Assembly (NCBI GenBank): GCA_965232985.1 | Contig: CBDDRC010000043.1 | Location: 78,091 to 142,090 of the forward strand | From: an uncultured bacterium | GTDB lineage: Bacteria > Pseudomonadota > Gammaproteobacteria > Pseudomonadales > JADFDG01 | Reading direction: 5' to 3' | DNA: 64,000 nucleotides | Shown: positions 6,700-16,929 of the stretch, piece by piece | Numbering within the stretch: position 1 is the first letter of the stretch | Layout of the letters: each line of letters begins with the position of its first letter | Notes under the pieces: model-generated | Database searches by the model: none | Told to the model about the DNA's origin: nothing | What the model saw: only the letters and a program-made list of their open reading frames with translations | Translations under genes and position numbers: made by a program

Positions 6700-7314
6700 T
6701 TATGCCGACGGCGCAGTGTCCACGAACGATGCTCGGGTTGCGATACGCGCATACCAGGCAGCCAGACGCGGATGCGCTTGCTGCCAGCCAAGCTGCGGGA
6801 AGCGGAAGTCGGCGTAACCGAGCAGGCAGCCCAGAGCAATCTGCGGCAAGTCGATGCTGTGGTTGAGTGTATCGGCGTGCTGTTCGAACCAGGCAAAGCC
6901 CGCGTGCACCTTACGCAACTGACCGTCACACCAATCCTGCCAGCGTAGCGCCTCCGGGCGCAGCACGTTCTCATAACGCACCAGCACCAGCGCATCGGCC
7001 ATGCCGTTGGCGAGCGCATGCTGGGTCAGGGCATCGAAGCGCGCATTGCCGTGCGCCGGTAACAAGCGGCCACCGCCGGCGATTACATCGAGGTATTCAC
7101 AAATCACCAGCGAATCGTACAGCACGCGGCCGTCGTCGAGAGTCAGCGCCGGGATCTTGCCCAGCGGGTTGACGCGCTGCTGGTAATCGTCATGCCGTTC
7201 GTTGGGCAGCAAATGCATCGATTCGAGCGTGATGCGGTCCGCCAGGCCAAGTTCAATAGCAGCGATGCGGACCTTGCGGGCAAAGGGGGATATGGGGCTG
7301 TAGGCGAGCTTCAT
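6700..7314 (-). CDS. Glutathione S-transferase family protein
   Basis: 204 aa. MKLAYSPISPFARKVRIAAIELGL ... NPLGKIPALTLDDGRVLYDSLVICEYLD has an N-terminal thioredoxin-like GST motif. Confidence 0.85.
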   Translation of the reverse strand: MKLAYSPISPFARKVRIAAIELGLADRITLESMHLLPNERHDDYQQRVNPLGKIPALTLDDGRVLYDSLVICEYLDVIAGGGRLLPAHGNARFDALTQHALANGMADALVLVRYENVLRPEALRWQDWCDGQLRKVHAGFAWFEQHADTLNHSIDLPQIALGCLLGYADFRFPQLGWQQAHPRLAAWYARIATRASFVDTAPSA

Positions 7315-7371
7315 GGCGATCTTCCGCAGGATGAGGGCGAAGGTTCACGCATTTTGCCCGAATCGACAGCG

Positions 7372-7409
7372 CGCACAAACAACAAGGCCCGCAATGTGCG
7401 GCCTTGTTG
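7372..7409 (-). terminator. Intrinsic terminator downstream of the lipoprotein gene
   Basis: 10-bp stem, CAACAAGGCC (7380-7389) / GGCCTTGTTG (7400-7409), with a 10-nt loop. It is followed on the minus strand by TTTGTG. Confidence 0.55.
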
Positions 7410-7428
7410 GATTTGCAGTGGACAACAA

Positions 7429-7857
7429 TCAGGGAATGGCAGCGAACGCGCCACCGGCCGCAGTGGCAGGGATGAATTCGAAACTGCGCTGCAAGCCGTG
7501 CAGGGCGATGCGGCCATCGGCACGGATATCGAAGCGCGAGTCGTACCAGACCGTCCCCTCATCGATCGCGATACGCAGCTCACCGTTGCCGGCGCTCCAT
7601 TTACCACGGCTGGTATTGGCGTTCTCCAGCGTCAGGGTGTTGTACACGTCACCGGCAGGCAGCGCGCTGGTACGCGCGCTGACGACGAAACCGTCGGCGT
7701 AGAACCGGTAGTAGAGCGCCCCACCGCTGGCGCTGTAGGTGAGGCGGTAAATGCCGTCGTAATTCGGCGTATAGACGATATCTTTTTGCGCTGTGGTGGC
7801 GCAGGCGGTCAGCAGCAGGGCAGCGAGGGCGGCAACAGTAACGAGGATGCGCTGCAT
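7429..7857 (-). CDS. Lipoprotein, hypothetical
   Basis: In-frame ATG at 7857. MQRILVTVAALAALLLTAC is a lipobox signal peptide. The upstream extension of ORF 7429..8115 is low-complexity and unlikely to be real. Confidence 0.6.
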   Translation of the reverse strand: MQRILVTVAALAALLLTACATTAQKDIVYTPNYDGIYRLTYSASGGALYYRFYADGFVVSARTSALPAGDVYNTLTLENANTSRGKWSAGNGELRIAIDEGTVWYDSRFDIRADGRIALHGLQRSFEFIPATAAGGAFAAIP

Positions 7858-8050
7858 GGTTATTGTTCTCCTTCCGTGGCTCGACGCGAACGCGTCTTGA
7901 CTGGCGGAGTATTCCACTCGCTGGCGGGCAGGTAGAGACGCAAAACAACCGTTCGTCACCTGCTGCAAAAATTGAGCATTTGGTATGACGCGTCTTTGCC
8001 TGCGCAGCCCTGTTTTGCTACGAACTACAGCCGAACGCGTGCATGACGGC

Positions 8051-9892
8051 TCAGCCCCATAGCGCATCCTGCAGGCCGGACGAGCGGGCGATACGTCGAC
8101 TGATGGCGGCGGCAAGCAGCGCAGGATTACCGTGGATTTCCACCGCGGCGCGCGCCCGGGTCACTGCGGTGTAGATCAGCTCGCAACCAAGTATCGGCGC
8201 ATCACGTTCCGGGAGGACCAGCGCAACAGTATCGAATTCCGAACCCTGCGCCTTGTGTACCGTCATCGCGAAAACGGTTTCGTGCGCCGGCAGGCGACCA
8301 AGTGGCAGCCAGCGCAGGCCGCGATCAGCCGCAACAAAACACGCTTGCAGATGACCATCCGCGGCCGGCCAGACCAGGCCGATATCACCATTGAATAACT
8401 GCACGCCGTAGTCGTTGGCGGTGATGAGCAGCGGGCGGCCACGGTAGAAGCGTTCGCGCGGATCAATGAGTCCGGCATCGGCAAGCGCCGCGGTAACGCG
8501 CGCGTTGATACCGGCAACGCCGCGCGAACCGTCGCGCAGGGCGCAGAGCACACGGAATGCACCGAAACGTTGTGCTGCGTCCGCCACATCGGTGGCAGCA
8601 AGATAGTGCCGGTACGCGCTGACCGCGCGCACGACCAGTGCATCCAGTGCCGTCGCGTCATCGCCGGCGAACAGGCGCGTCGCCGGATCGCCGGCACAGG
8701 CAGCCAGTGCAGCGTTGGCATCGCCGGCGTTGATCGCGCGAGCCAGGGCACCAATACCGCCGTCGCCACGGAAACGATGGCTGGTGCGCAGCCGGGCAAT
8801 ACTGCCGGCGATCGGCGCTGTTACTGTTACTGTCGTTGCGGCAGCCCCGTGGTCGTCTGCGTGCAAAACCGTGCGGCGACAAATATCGCCGAGCACAGCG
8901 CCGGCCTCGACCGAGGCCAATTGATCCGCATCGCCGAGCAGCACAAGCCTGGCCGTGGCCGGCAACGCAGCCATAACGCGCGCCATCAACGGCATGTCGA
9001 TCATTGAGGCTTCATCGATCACCAGCACATCGAGCGCCAGCGGATTGGCGGCATTGTGTCGTGGCCGGTGCGTGTCGGGCCGGGTGCCGATCAGCCGATG
9101 CAGGGTCGACGCCTGCTCGGGAATGCGCATGACCTCGGCCGCCTCGCTGCCGGCGGCGCGCAGGATTGTTTTCGCTGCCCGGATCGATTCACCCAGGCGC
9201 GCAGCCGCCTTGCCGGTGGGCGCGGCGAGGCGGATACGCGGGGCCGGCAGGTTGGCCGCATCTGCCAGCGCCAACATGGCAGCGAGCATTTTGGTGACGG
9301 TGGTGGTCTTGCCGGTGCCAGGGCCACCCGTGATTACCGCCAACCGGCGTCCAAGTGCCATGCGCGCCGCCGCGCGCTGATCCGGATCGGCGTCCAGATT
9401 GCCGAATTGCGCATCGAGCACCCGTTCGATGGCGCGCGCATCGGCCAGCGGCGCATCGACAGCCCGCGCCAGCAGGCCGGCGGCGATCTCACGTTCGAAA
9501 AGAAAATATTTGGTGAAATAAAGCCGGTCAGCGGCGTCGAGCACCAGCGGCTGCGTGCAGGGGTTGCTGTTGGCGCGGGCGACCAGACCGCTGGCCATCA
9601 GTGCCGCGCGCCAGGCGGCAAGCGCCGGCGCAACGATACCGGCCCAGTTGCCGTTTGCTGTCGACCCGCCATCGCCAAGAACCGGGCGACCCGCACAACC
9701 GGCAAGGTTCAGACAGATGTCGCCGTCTGCCTGGATCCGCGACAGCGTGGCGATGGCCAGGGCAACAACAGATGCATCGACTAGCGCAGCAGATTCACCG
9801 GCAACAGCCAGCAGGTGGCGCGCGAGATGAAAATCGACATCGCGCAACGCGCCGGCGGCGCGAGCAGGGCGCAGGATATCCAGCGCCTTCAT
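8051..9892 (-). CDS. recD: Exodeoxyribonuclease V alpha subunit
   Basis: Start at MKALDIL (ATG 9892), ATGA-overlapping the recB stop. It has Walker A VITGGPGTGKTTT and C-terminal SF1 helicase motifs (MTVHKAQGSEFD). Confidence 0.9.
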   Translation of the reverse strand: MKALDILRPARAAGALRDVDFHLARHLLAVAGESAALVDASVVALAIATLSRIQADGDICLNLAGCAGRPVLGDGGSTANGNWAGIVAPALAAWRAALMASGLVARANSNPCTQPLVLDAADRLYFTKYFLFEREIAAGLLARAVDAPLADARAIERVLDAQFGNLDADPDQRAAARMALGRRLAVITGGPGTGKTTTVTKMLAAMLALADAANLPAPRIRLAAPTGKAAARLGESIRAAKTILRAAGSEAAEVMRIPEQASTLHRLIGTRPDTHRPRHNAANPLALDVLVIDEASMIDMPLMARVMAALPATARLVLLGDADQLASVEAGAVLGDICRRTVLHADDHGAAATTVTVTAPIAGSIARLRTSHRFRGDGGIGALARAINAGDANAALAACAGDPATRLFAGDDATALDALVVRAVSAYRHYLAATDVADAAQRFGAFRVLCALRDGSRGVAGINARVTAALADAGLIDPRERFYRGRPLLITANDYGVQLFNGDIGLVWPAADGHLQACFVAADRGLRWLPLGRLPAHETVFAMTVHKAQGSEFDTVALVLPERDAPILGCELIYTAVTRARAAVEIHGNPALLAAAISRRIARSSGLQDALWG

Positions 9893-12800
9893 GGTGTGCC
9901 CCGGCGCTTGTCGATGTTGCCTTGCAGCAGCGCATTGATGGCAGTGATGCGTTCGACATCGGCCGGCACGTACCACTGCCCCGGCCGCGCCGGATCATCG
10001 ACACTCATGCCGCGCAGGAACAGGTAATAGACGCCACCCAGATGCCGTGCCGGGTCGTAGCCTGTGCCAAGTGCGCGGCGCAGGTGGCGATGCAACGCTA
10101 CCGTGTAAAGCGTGTATTGCAGATCGTAACGGCTGTGCGCGATGGCACGCGCCAGGTGCTCGCCTGTGTACCAGGTGGCATTGGGTCCGAGCTTGTTGGT
10201 TTTCCAGTCCGCCACATACCAGCGGCCATCGTGCTCGAAAATCAGGTCGATAAAACCTTGCAGCAAACCGTGCGCCGGCGCGAAGGCGAGCCGCGGGCCA
10301 CGAATGCCGTCGCCCAGTCCCGGCAACAATGCTTCCAGTGCGTCGGCGCGCAGATTTTCCAGCGGATACCAGAATTCCATCTCGTTGCGACGCCGGGACG
10401 GATCGAGCAGGCGCAGATGAAAGCCGCTGGCATCAAGAGGCGCATCGAGCGTCGTTTCGATCATGCCGGCAACGGTATCGCACCAGGCCGCCGGCATGGC
10501 CCGGCGCCCAAGTTCACGCGTCACGATGTTGCGCAGCAACTCGCCGCGCGCCGTGCGGTAATCGAGATCTTCGAGGATATCGTGAAAGAGATGGCCGGTA
10601 GTGGTGCCGCCTGCGAGCGTAAATGGCGAGAGTTGCGGCGCAACTGACAATAAGGGAGCCGTGGCGTCAGCATCGATTTCGCGCCGCACACCAAGATCGC
10701 GCGCCTGATCGTGAACACCTTCGACGAGACCGGAATAACTGGTGGTGATGTACGCGCACTGAACGCGCCGGCCGGTCGTGCGTGCGGCCAGCGAGCGGGC
10801 CGATGCCGGCATGGCGGCAACTGCCGGGACAGGCGCTGTTGCAGCCGTGGCATCGGCGATATCGATCACCCGTATCTGGTCGGGGTGCCCGGCAGCCAGG
10901 GTGTCGAGCTCGACGCGCAACTCGGCAAGAGCGAGCGATTTCATGTGCACAGCGAGCGCGTCGACATGCCTGAGGTCATCGGGCCCGTGCAGCAGGAAAG
11001 CAAGCGCTGATCGGTCCGTGAGGTTGATGTGCCCCCAGGGGACGATGCAGTAATCCTGGGCGCGCGTCAGTGCGACATACAACAGCCGCATGTCTTCGGC
11101 GAGGCGTTCATACTCGGCGCGGGCGACGCTGTTGTCGTCACCGGCGAGATCGACACACAACCGGCCCTGTTCATCATGGAACCGGGGGAATACTTTCTTC
11201 GCATTCACCGGTTTCGTGTCGTACATGAACGGCAAAAACACCACCGGATACTCAAGGCCCTTGCTGCGATGCAGCGTGAGTACCTGCACCAGATCCGCAT
11301 CGCTTTCGAGACGCAATTGCTGCGCCTCGGCAGCCGCGTCCGGCGCTGTCATGTTGTCTTCGAGCCAGCGCAACAGCGATTCCGGCGACGGATGTTCACG
11401 CGCAGCCTGCTGCAGCAATTCGGCGAGCTGGCCTACGTTGGTGAGCCGGCGCTCACCATCGGGTTGCGCCAGCATAACGGCCGCCGCACCGCTGCCGTGC
11501 AGGAAAGCGCGAAACATCGGCATAAAGCCGCGCGTCAGCCAGGCGTCGTGCCAGGCGTGCAGATCGCGCAGCAAGGTTTCGTAGGCGTTGTCGCCCTGCG
11601 AAGCTGCCTGCTGATCGGCAGCTTCCTCACCCAGCGCAGCAAGAAACAGCGCATCGTGCGGCCAGAGCGGGCTGACCAGTGCACGGCGCAAGGCGCGGTC
11701 GTTGGCCGGCTCGGCAATCGCGGTCAATACGTCGCGCAGCGCTGCGGCTTCCGCCGTGGCGAAGACATTTTGCGTGCCCGCCATGGCGCTGCCGATACCG
11801 ATTTCGCGCAACGCAGCCTGTACTTGCGCACCTTGCGCATGGGTGCGTACCAGCACGGCGATGTCGCGCGGTACGAGCGGTTTACCGTCACGCCGGCCAC
11901 CCGCAAGCAACGCAGCAATGCGGCGGGCAGTCTGCGCCAGAATGATCTCGGCGGCTTTCTCTTTCGATAACGAGCGCCCTTTCTCGCCGTCCGGCAAGAG
12001 CCAGAATTCGAGCGGTACCGGCACGCCGGCCGGCTCGACGAGACGTTTGCTGTCAGCGTTGCCGGCCGCCCGTGTCGGCTGGAAAGCAATGGCATCAGCA
12101 AACAGGAACGGCTCGGTACGACGCGAGAACAGCGCGTTCACGCCACCGACCAGCGGCGTCACCGAACGCCAGTTGGTGTCGAGCGAGTAGCGGCGTTGCG
12201 CGCCGGCGGCGTTGCGCGCCTGCATGTAGGCGAAGATGTCGGCACCGCGAAAACTGTAGATCGCCTGCTTCGGATCGCCTATCAGCAACAGCGCGCTGCC
12301 TTCCTGGCCGGCCGCTTCGTTGCCATGGATGCGCGCAAAAATGCCGTACTGCAGCGGATCGGTATCCTGAAACTCGTCAATCAGCACAACCGGATAACGG
12401 CGGGCGAGCGCCTGCGCCAGCCGCGCGCCGGTCGGGCCGGCGAGCGCAGCAGCCAAACGCATGATGATGTCGTCGAAAGCGGCGCTGCCGGCCTGATGCC
12501 GTGCGGTATCGAGCCGGGCTCGGATATCAGCGGCAGCGTCGGCGAGCATGGTCTGCTCGATACCGGCGCTGCCGGCCTGATAATGCGTCACGCTGGTGAC
12601 GAGCGGCTCATCCGGAAAGCAGATGCCTTTGGCCTTTTGCGCCTTGCTGATGTTGTCATCGAGTGTCTTACGCAGAAACAATTTCCCTTCCGGCGGCAAT
12701 TCCAGCGCCGTGCCGGCGCACCAGGCATTGAGCGCGGCGACTGCAGCGGCGACACTCTCCGGCTTGTACGGCCCACGGCTGAGCGCCTTGAAATCGTTTA

Positions 12801-13530
12801 TTTTCCCGGCGAGTGCCGCACTGCCGGCACGCCAGGCGGTAACCAGCGCGCCGCGCTGCTGCTGTAGTTTTTCTGGCGAGTAATTTTCGTATTGCAGCCT
12901 GATTCCCGGGCGCAGCAGCGGCCGAACTTTTTCATACAGAATCTGCGGCGACACAAAATGCCTGTGCGCAACAGCAGCCAGCATGTCATTGCCATAATAT
13001 CGTGTTCGCCAATGATCCTGAACGGCTTGCAGTTCTCGCAATCTGTCGTCCTGAACCAGGTCGATCTCGAAGTCTTCACCGCTATCGAAAGCCTGCTCCT
13101 GCAGCGCGCGCTGACAAAAACCATGTATGGTAAAAATTGCCGCGTCATCGATAGCTGCTATTTCAAGGCGCAGGCGAATGATCGATTCATCACGCCGGCC
13201 TTCGGCGATAATTTTCGCCAGCAATTCTCGCAATGGCATATCAAGCGTGTTGCTGCTTTCCGGCCAGGCGCGGGTGCCGCTGCGAATGCCTTCCAGCACA
13301 TTCAACGCCTCGAACAGGCGCAATCGCACGCGACCGCGCAACTCTCCGGTGGCGGCACGGGTGAAGGTGACGACAAGAATGTCCTGCACGCGCCGCGGCA
13401 CCTCGCCGTTGATGCCGAGCACAAGGCGCAGATAGAGCGTGGTGATCGCGTGCGTCTTGCCGGTGCCGGCGCTGGCTTCAATGAGGCGGATGCCGTCCAT
13501 CGGCAGGGTTAGCGGATCGAGACGGTTCAT
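9889..13530 (-). CDS. recB: Exodeoxyribonuclease V beta subunit (helicase-nuclease)
   Basis: 1213 aa. The N-terminus has IEASAGTGKTHAIT (UvrD-like Walker A). The C-terminal PD-(D/E)XK nuclease block is GFIDLIFEHDGRWYVADWKTN. Confidence 0.95.
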   Translation of the reverse strand: MNRLDPLTLPMDGIRLIEASAGTGKTHAITTLYLRLVLGINGEVPRRVQDILVVTFTRAATGELRGRVRLRLFEALNVLEGIRSGTRAWPESSNTLDMPLRELLAKIIAEGRRDESIIRLRLEIAAIDDAAIFTIHGFCQRALQEQAFDSGEDFEIDLVQDDRLRELQAVQDHWRTRYYGNDMLAAVAHRHFVSPQILYEKVRPLLRPGIRLQYENYSPEKLQQQRGALVTAWRAGSAALAGKINDFKALSRGPYKPESVAAAVAALNAWCAGTALELPPEGKLFLRKTLDDNISKAQKAKGICFPDEPLVTSVTHYQAGSAGIEQTMLADAAADIRARLDTARHQAGSAAFDDIIMRLAAALAGPTGARLAQALARRYPVVLIDEFQDTDPLQYGIFARIHGNEAAGQEGSALLLIGDPKQAIYSFRGADIFAYMQARNAAGAQRRYSLDTNWRSVTPLVGGVNALFSRRTEPFLFADAIAFQPTRAAGNADSKRLVEPAGVPVPLEFWLLPDGEKGRSLSKEKAAEIILAQTARRIAALLAGGRRDGKPLVPRDIAVLVRTHAQGAQVQAALREIGIGSAMAGTQNVFATAEAAALRDVLTAIAEPANDRALRRALVSPLWPHDALFLAALGEEAADQQAASQGDNAYETLLRDLHAWHDAWLTRGFMPMFRAFLHGSGAAAVMLAQPDGERRLTNVGQLAELLQQAAREHPSPESLLRWLEDNMTAPDAAAEAQQLRLESDADLVQVLTLHRSKGLEYPVVFLPFMYDTKPVNAKKVFPRFHDEQGRLCVDLAGDDNSVARAEYERLAEDMRLLYVALTRAQDYCIVPWGHINLTDRSALAFLLHGPDDLRHVDALAVHMKSLALAELRVELDTLAAGHPDQIRVIDIADATAATAPVPAVAAMPASARSLAARTTGRRVQCAYITTSYSGLVEGVHDQARDLGVRREIDADATAPLLSVAPQLSPFTLAGGTTTGHLFHDILEDLDYRTARGELLRNIVTRELGRRAMPAAWCDTVAGMIETTLDAPLDASGFHLRLLDPSRRRNEMEFWYPLENLRADALEALLPGLGDGIRGPRLAFAPAHGLLQGFIDLIFEHDGRWYVADWKTNKLGPNATWYTGEHLARAIAHSRYDLQYTLYTVALHRHLRRALGTGYDPARHLGGVYYLFLRGMSVDDPARPGQWYVPADVERITAINALLQGNIDKRRGTP

Positions 13531-16500
13531 GTGTCGCCCCCGGCGGCGCCATCCTCATCCGTACTGCCCGCAACGCCGATGAGACAGGCATACAACGGCG
13601 CGAAAATCGCGGTGGCGAGCGCTGCAAAGTCTGCGTCGGCAAGCGCATTGTCCTCGTGGCCGAAACAAACCCGGAAACTGCGGTCGCGCGATTCCGATTC
13701 CGCCTGATTGTCAAAAGTGCCGAACCATTTGGCGCGGGCCGCCTTGCTTGCTGCATCAGGCGTCTTTGCGCTTGCCCAAGCTTGCGAACTTTTCGGGAAG
13801 AAGCGCAGCGGACGGGTGCCGCTCTGGTCATAAAGCGCGACCAGCATCGCAAGCAACGCCAGCGGATCGTGCTCGGGTGTGCCGATGCGGGTAGTCGTCG
13901 TTGCTGTTTCGATGATTGTCTCAACAGCCATTCCCGACTGCGCATGCGCAGCATCGCTGCCAACGCCCAGCGTAGCGCACAAGACAAGATGATCGATCCA
14001 GGCATCGAGTAGCAGACGCGCATGCGGTTTGTCTGTGGCACTGATGAGACGCTGCCGCGTACCGGCTACCGCGCCGAGCCGACCGGTCAACCGGCGGCCA
14101 TCGGGCAAAACGATATCGACATCAAGTGGCGCATATGTGTGCGCGTCGTTCGCCAATCGCTGCATAAGCGGCGCAAACCTGCTGACGCGGGCATCCCAGT
14201 CAAGCCGGGCGAACGCGCCCTGCGGCAACTCACCGCGCGCGGCCAGCAGCGTGAATTGTTCCTCGGCACTGTGCCCGGCCCGTGCGGCCGCAATCCATGC
14301 TTCATTGATGGCAAAGCTGTCGTCGAGCGCAAACGGTTCGTCATCTGCAATTTCATCGCCACTGTCGGCGTCCAGAAAAACACCGAGCCGGCGCTCAAGA
14401 AACCAGCGCGCCGGATGTTTCAGGCAGCGATGCAAATCGGTAAGCCGCAGCTGCGCGTGTGACGGCGCACCGGCAGCCTCTGCGGCTGCCGGTGCCAGCG
14501 GTGCCGGGCAGAACGCCGGCTGTGGCTGCCGGGCGCCACCGGCAGCCACAGCCGCCGGCAACCAGTCCGGGTCATAGCTGAACAAGCGCGCGTCCCGGCC
14601 ATCGTACTGCCGGGGGCTGAATGGCTGCAGCGGGTGTTGCGTGATGAGCGCAGCGCAGACGGCCTGGCGCATCTCCGGATCCGGTTGCGGGCCAATGATC
14701 GTGTCGATGAGCTCGCTGACCACCACCGACGGTTGCAGCGGCGAACTGTCGCGCAACGAACGGTCGGTATAACTGATGTACAGGCAATCGCGCGCCGAGA
14801 GCAGCGTTTCCAGAAACAGATGCCGATCATCGTCGCGCCGCGAACGATCGCCACGGCGCGGGGCAGCGGCGACCAGATCGAACGTGGCTGGCGATTGCGT
14901 GCGCGGAAAACGATCCTGGCTCATGCCGATCAGGCAAATGATGCGAAACGGCAGGCTGCGCGCCGGCGTCAGCTGCGCAAAAGTGACCAAGCCGCGCAGC
15001 AGGCCGCCGCGCGCCGCAGGCTCGCCCAGCCGCGCCGCGAAATCGGCCCGGAATACCGCAGGTGCAATGGCGCCGGTGTAGCCGGCAAGGGTGAGCTCAT
15101 CAAGAAATTCGCAGGCAGCAGTGTCGATTGCGTCGACCACGCGATCCTCGTCGGAATTGCTCGCGGCGCAGAATTCGCTGAGCAATTGCGCAATCAAGGC
15201 ACGCCAGCCGGCAGCATCGTGAGCACGCGACAAGCGCTGCCTGGCAACAGCCAGGGCATCAAGAAAAGACTGCAATTTTCCCAGCGCGATACCGTCACTG
15301 CCTTCGATGTCGGCATAGGGTGCCCGGCCGGCAACCAATGCCTCGCTGTCGTTCATTGCCAAGCCGAGAAACAGTCGTTCCAGTCCGAACTGCCAACTGT
15401 GCGCGGATTCGGCAGGCAGGCCGCGGGCGGCGCGATCGGCGGCGTCGAGTCCCCAGCGCACACCCGCAGCGCGCACCCAGTGCCGCAAGGCCTCCAGATC
15501 GCTTTCGCTGAGGCGGCCAAAGCGGCGGGCGATCGCCGGGGTTTCCAGCAGGCCGAGCACGTCGCTGGCAGTGAAACGGCTCTCCGGCAGCAACAGCAAT
15601 TGCTGGAAAGCAGCCGCAAGTGGATGGCCGGCGCGGCGCGCAAGATCGGTGATTGCGTAGGGAATGTCGCGCGACGTGCCGCGCGCGGTACCGAATACGG
15701 CGTCGATATAGGGGGCAGCAAGATCGATGTCCGGCGTCAATACCAGCACATCGTGCGGCGCCAGCGTGGCGTCACGCTGGAAAGCATCCAGCAAACGGTC
15801 ATGCAGCACCTCGATTTCGCGCAGCAAGCTGTAAGCACCATGCACCTGCACGCTGGCGTCAATCATGGCCGGCGTTGCCGCTGGCGCTGCGCTGTTCAGG
15901 AAAATATCGCGCTGCAATCGCGACAGCAGCGTATCGCCGGCCGGCTCAAGAAAAAGCTCAGGCGTGGGCTGCACGTCGTGGTCGGCCAGATCGAGAAAAT
16001 ACTGCTGGATGCGGGCACCACCGTTGGCCAGCAGCGGGTTGCCGGCAGCGCCGCTGGTATCGCCATCGCCCGCATAACCCAGGTGCAGGGCGGCCACTTC
16101 GCCATAGCGCGCAAAAGCGTCGGCGCGCGCGCGCGGACGCAGCGCATCGCCCCAAAAATACGCGCTCGGGTTGAGCGCATACAAATCGATATCGGTGTGT
16201 GCCCCGAGCGCCGCCAACACGGCAACATAAACCGGCGGCAGCGCCGGCACCGCGAACACGCTCACCCGGGCCGGCAGTTTTTTTGCATCGAGCTTGCCGT
16301 TTTTGGCGGCGGCAAAGAACCTGTCCAGCAAACGCGCACGGTGCTCACCGCCGGCTTGCGCGACCACCTGCCGCCACAACAGCGCCTGCCAGCGCTCATC
16401 ATCGCTCGCATCCTGGCGCGGCCGCTCGCCCTGCTCCCAGGCCAGGATCATGTCGTGACGATAGACGAGGTACTGATCAAACAGTGCGGCAAGCCGGCGC

Positions 16501-16910
16501 GCCAATTGAAAGCGCTTGCGCTGATTCGCGTCATCGGCAAGCACGTTATTGCCAAGGTCATTGCCAAGATAGTGGCGCAATGCGGCAAACGCAGGATCAA
16601 CAAGCCGCACCGGATCGAGCAGCGACATCAGCCGCCAGGCCAGGGCATTGCTTTCGTAGGGCGACTGCCGCGGCGCCGCAGGAAACTGCGCCCGCAACGC
16701 CTGCCAGACAAAACCGGCCGGCAACTGCATGTCGAGGTTGGCAGCAATGTTTTCCTTTTGCGCCAACTGCTGCCACAACCAGCGATCCATGCCGCGCTCG
16801 GCAACGATCACTTCCGCCACCAGCGGATTGCCCGAGGCGGGCTCGGCAATATTGATCGCCAGCGCAGCGAACAGCGCTTCCTGGCGATTGCTGGAGAAGA
16901 TGCGCAACAT
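13527..16910 (-). CDS. recC: Exodeoxyribonuclease V gamma subunit
   Basis: Start chosen at MLRIFSSNRQEALF (ATG 16910), the canonical RecC N-terminus. ORF 13527..17105 extends further only as low-complexity sequence. The stop overlaps the recB start (ATGA). Confidence 0.9.
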   Translation of the reverse strand: MLRIFSSNRQEALFAALAINIAEPASGNPLVAEVIVAERGMDRWLWQQLAQKENIAANLDMQLPAGFVWQALRAQFPAAPRQSPYESNALAWRLMSLLDPVRLVDPAFAALRHYLGNDLGNNVLADDANQRKRFQLARRLAALFDQYLVYRHDMILAWEQGERPRQDASDDERWQALLWRQVVAQAGGEHRARLLDRFFAAAKNGKLDAKKLPARVSVFAVPALPPVYVAVLAALGAHTDIDLYALNPSAYFWGDALRPRARADAFARYGEVAALHLGYAGDGDTSGAAGNPLLANGGARIQQYFLDLADHDVQPTPELFLEPAGDTLLSRLQRDIFLNSAAPAATPAMIDASVQVHGAYSLLREIEVLHDRLLDAFQRDATLAPHDVLVLTPDIDLAAPYIDAVFGTARGTSRDIPYAITDLARRAGHPLAAAFQQLLLLPESRFTASDVLGLLETPAIARRFGRLSESDLEALRHWVRAAGVRWGLDAADRAARGLPAESAHSWQFGLERLFLGLAMNDSEALVAGRAPYADIEGSDGIALGKLQSFLDALAVARQRLSRAHDAAGWRALIAQLLSEFCAASNSDEDRVVDAIDTAACEFLDELTLAGYTGAIAPAVFRADFAARLGEPAARGGLLRGLVTFAQLTPARSLPFRIICLIGMSQDRFPRTQSPATFDLVAAAPRRGDRSRRDDDRHLFLETLLSARDCLYISYTDRSLRDSSPLQPSVVVSELIDTIIGPQPDPEMRQAVCAALITQHPLQPFSPRQYDGRDARLFSYDPDWLPAAVAAGGARQPQPAFCPAPLAPAAAEAAGAPSHAQLRLTDLHRCLKHPARWFLERRLGVFLDADSGDEIADDEPFALDDSFAINEAWIAAARAGHSAEEQFTLLAARGELPQGAFARLDWDARVSRFAPLMQRLANDAHTYAPLDVDIVLPDGRRLTGRLGAVAGTRQRLISATDKPHARLLLDAWIDHLVLCATLGVGSDAAHAQSGMAVETIIETATTTTRIGTPEHDPLALLAMLVALYDQSGTRPLRFFPKSSQAWASAKTPDAASKAARAKWFGTFDNQAESESRDRSFRVCFGHEDNALADADFAALATAIFAPLYACLIGVAGSTDEDGAAGGDT

Positions 16911-16929
16911 CAGCAGCAGGCCTGCCTGT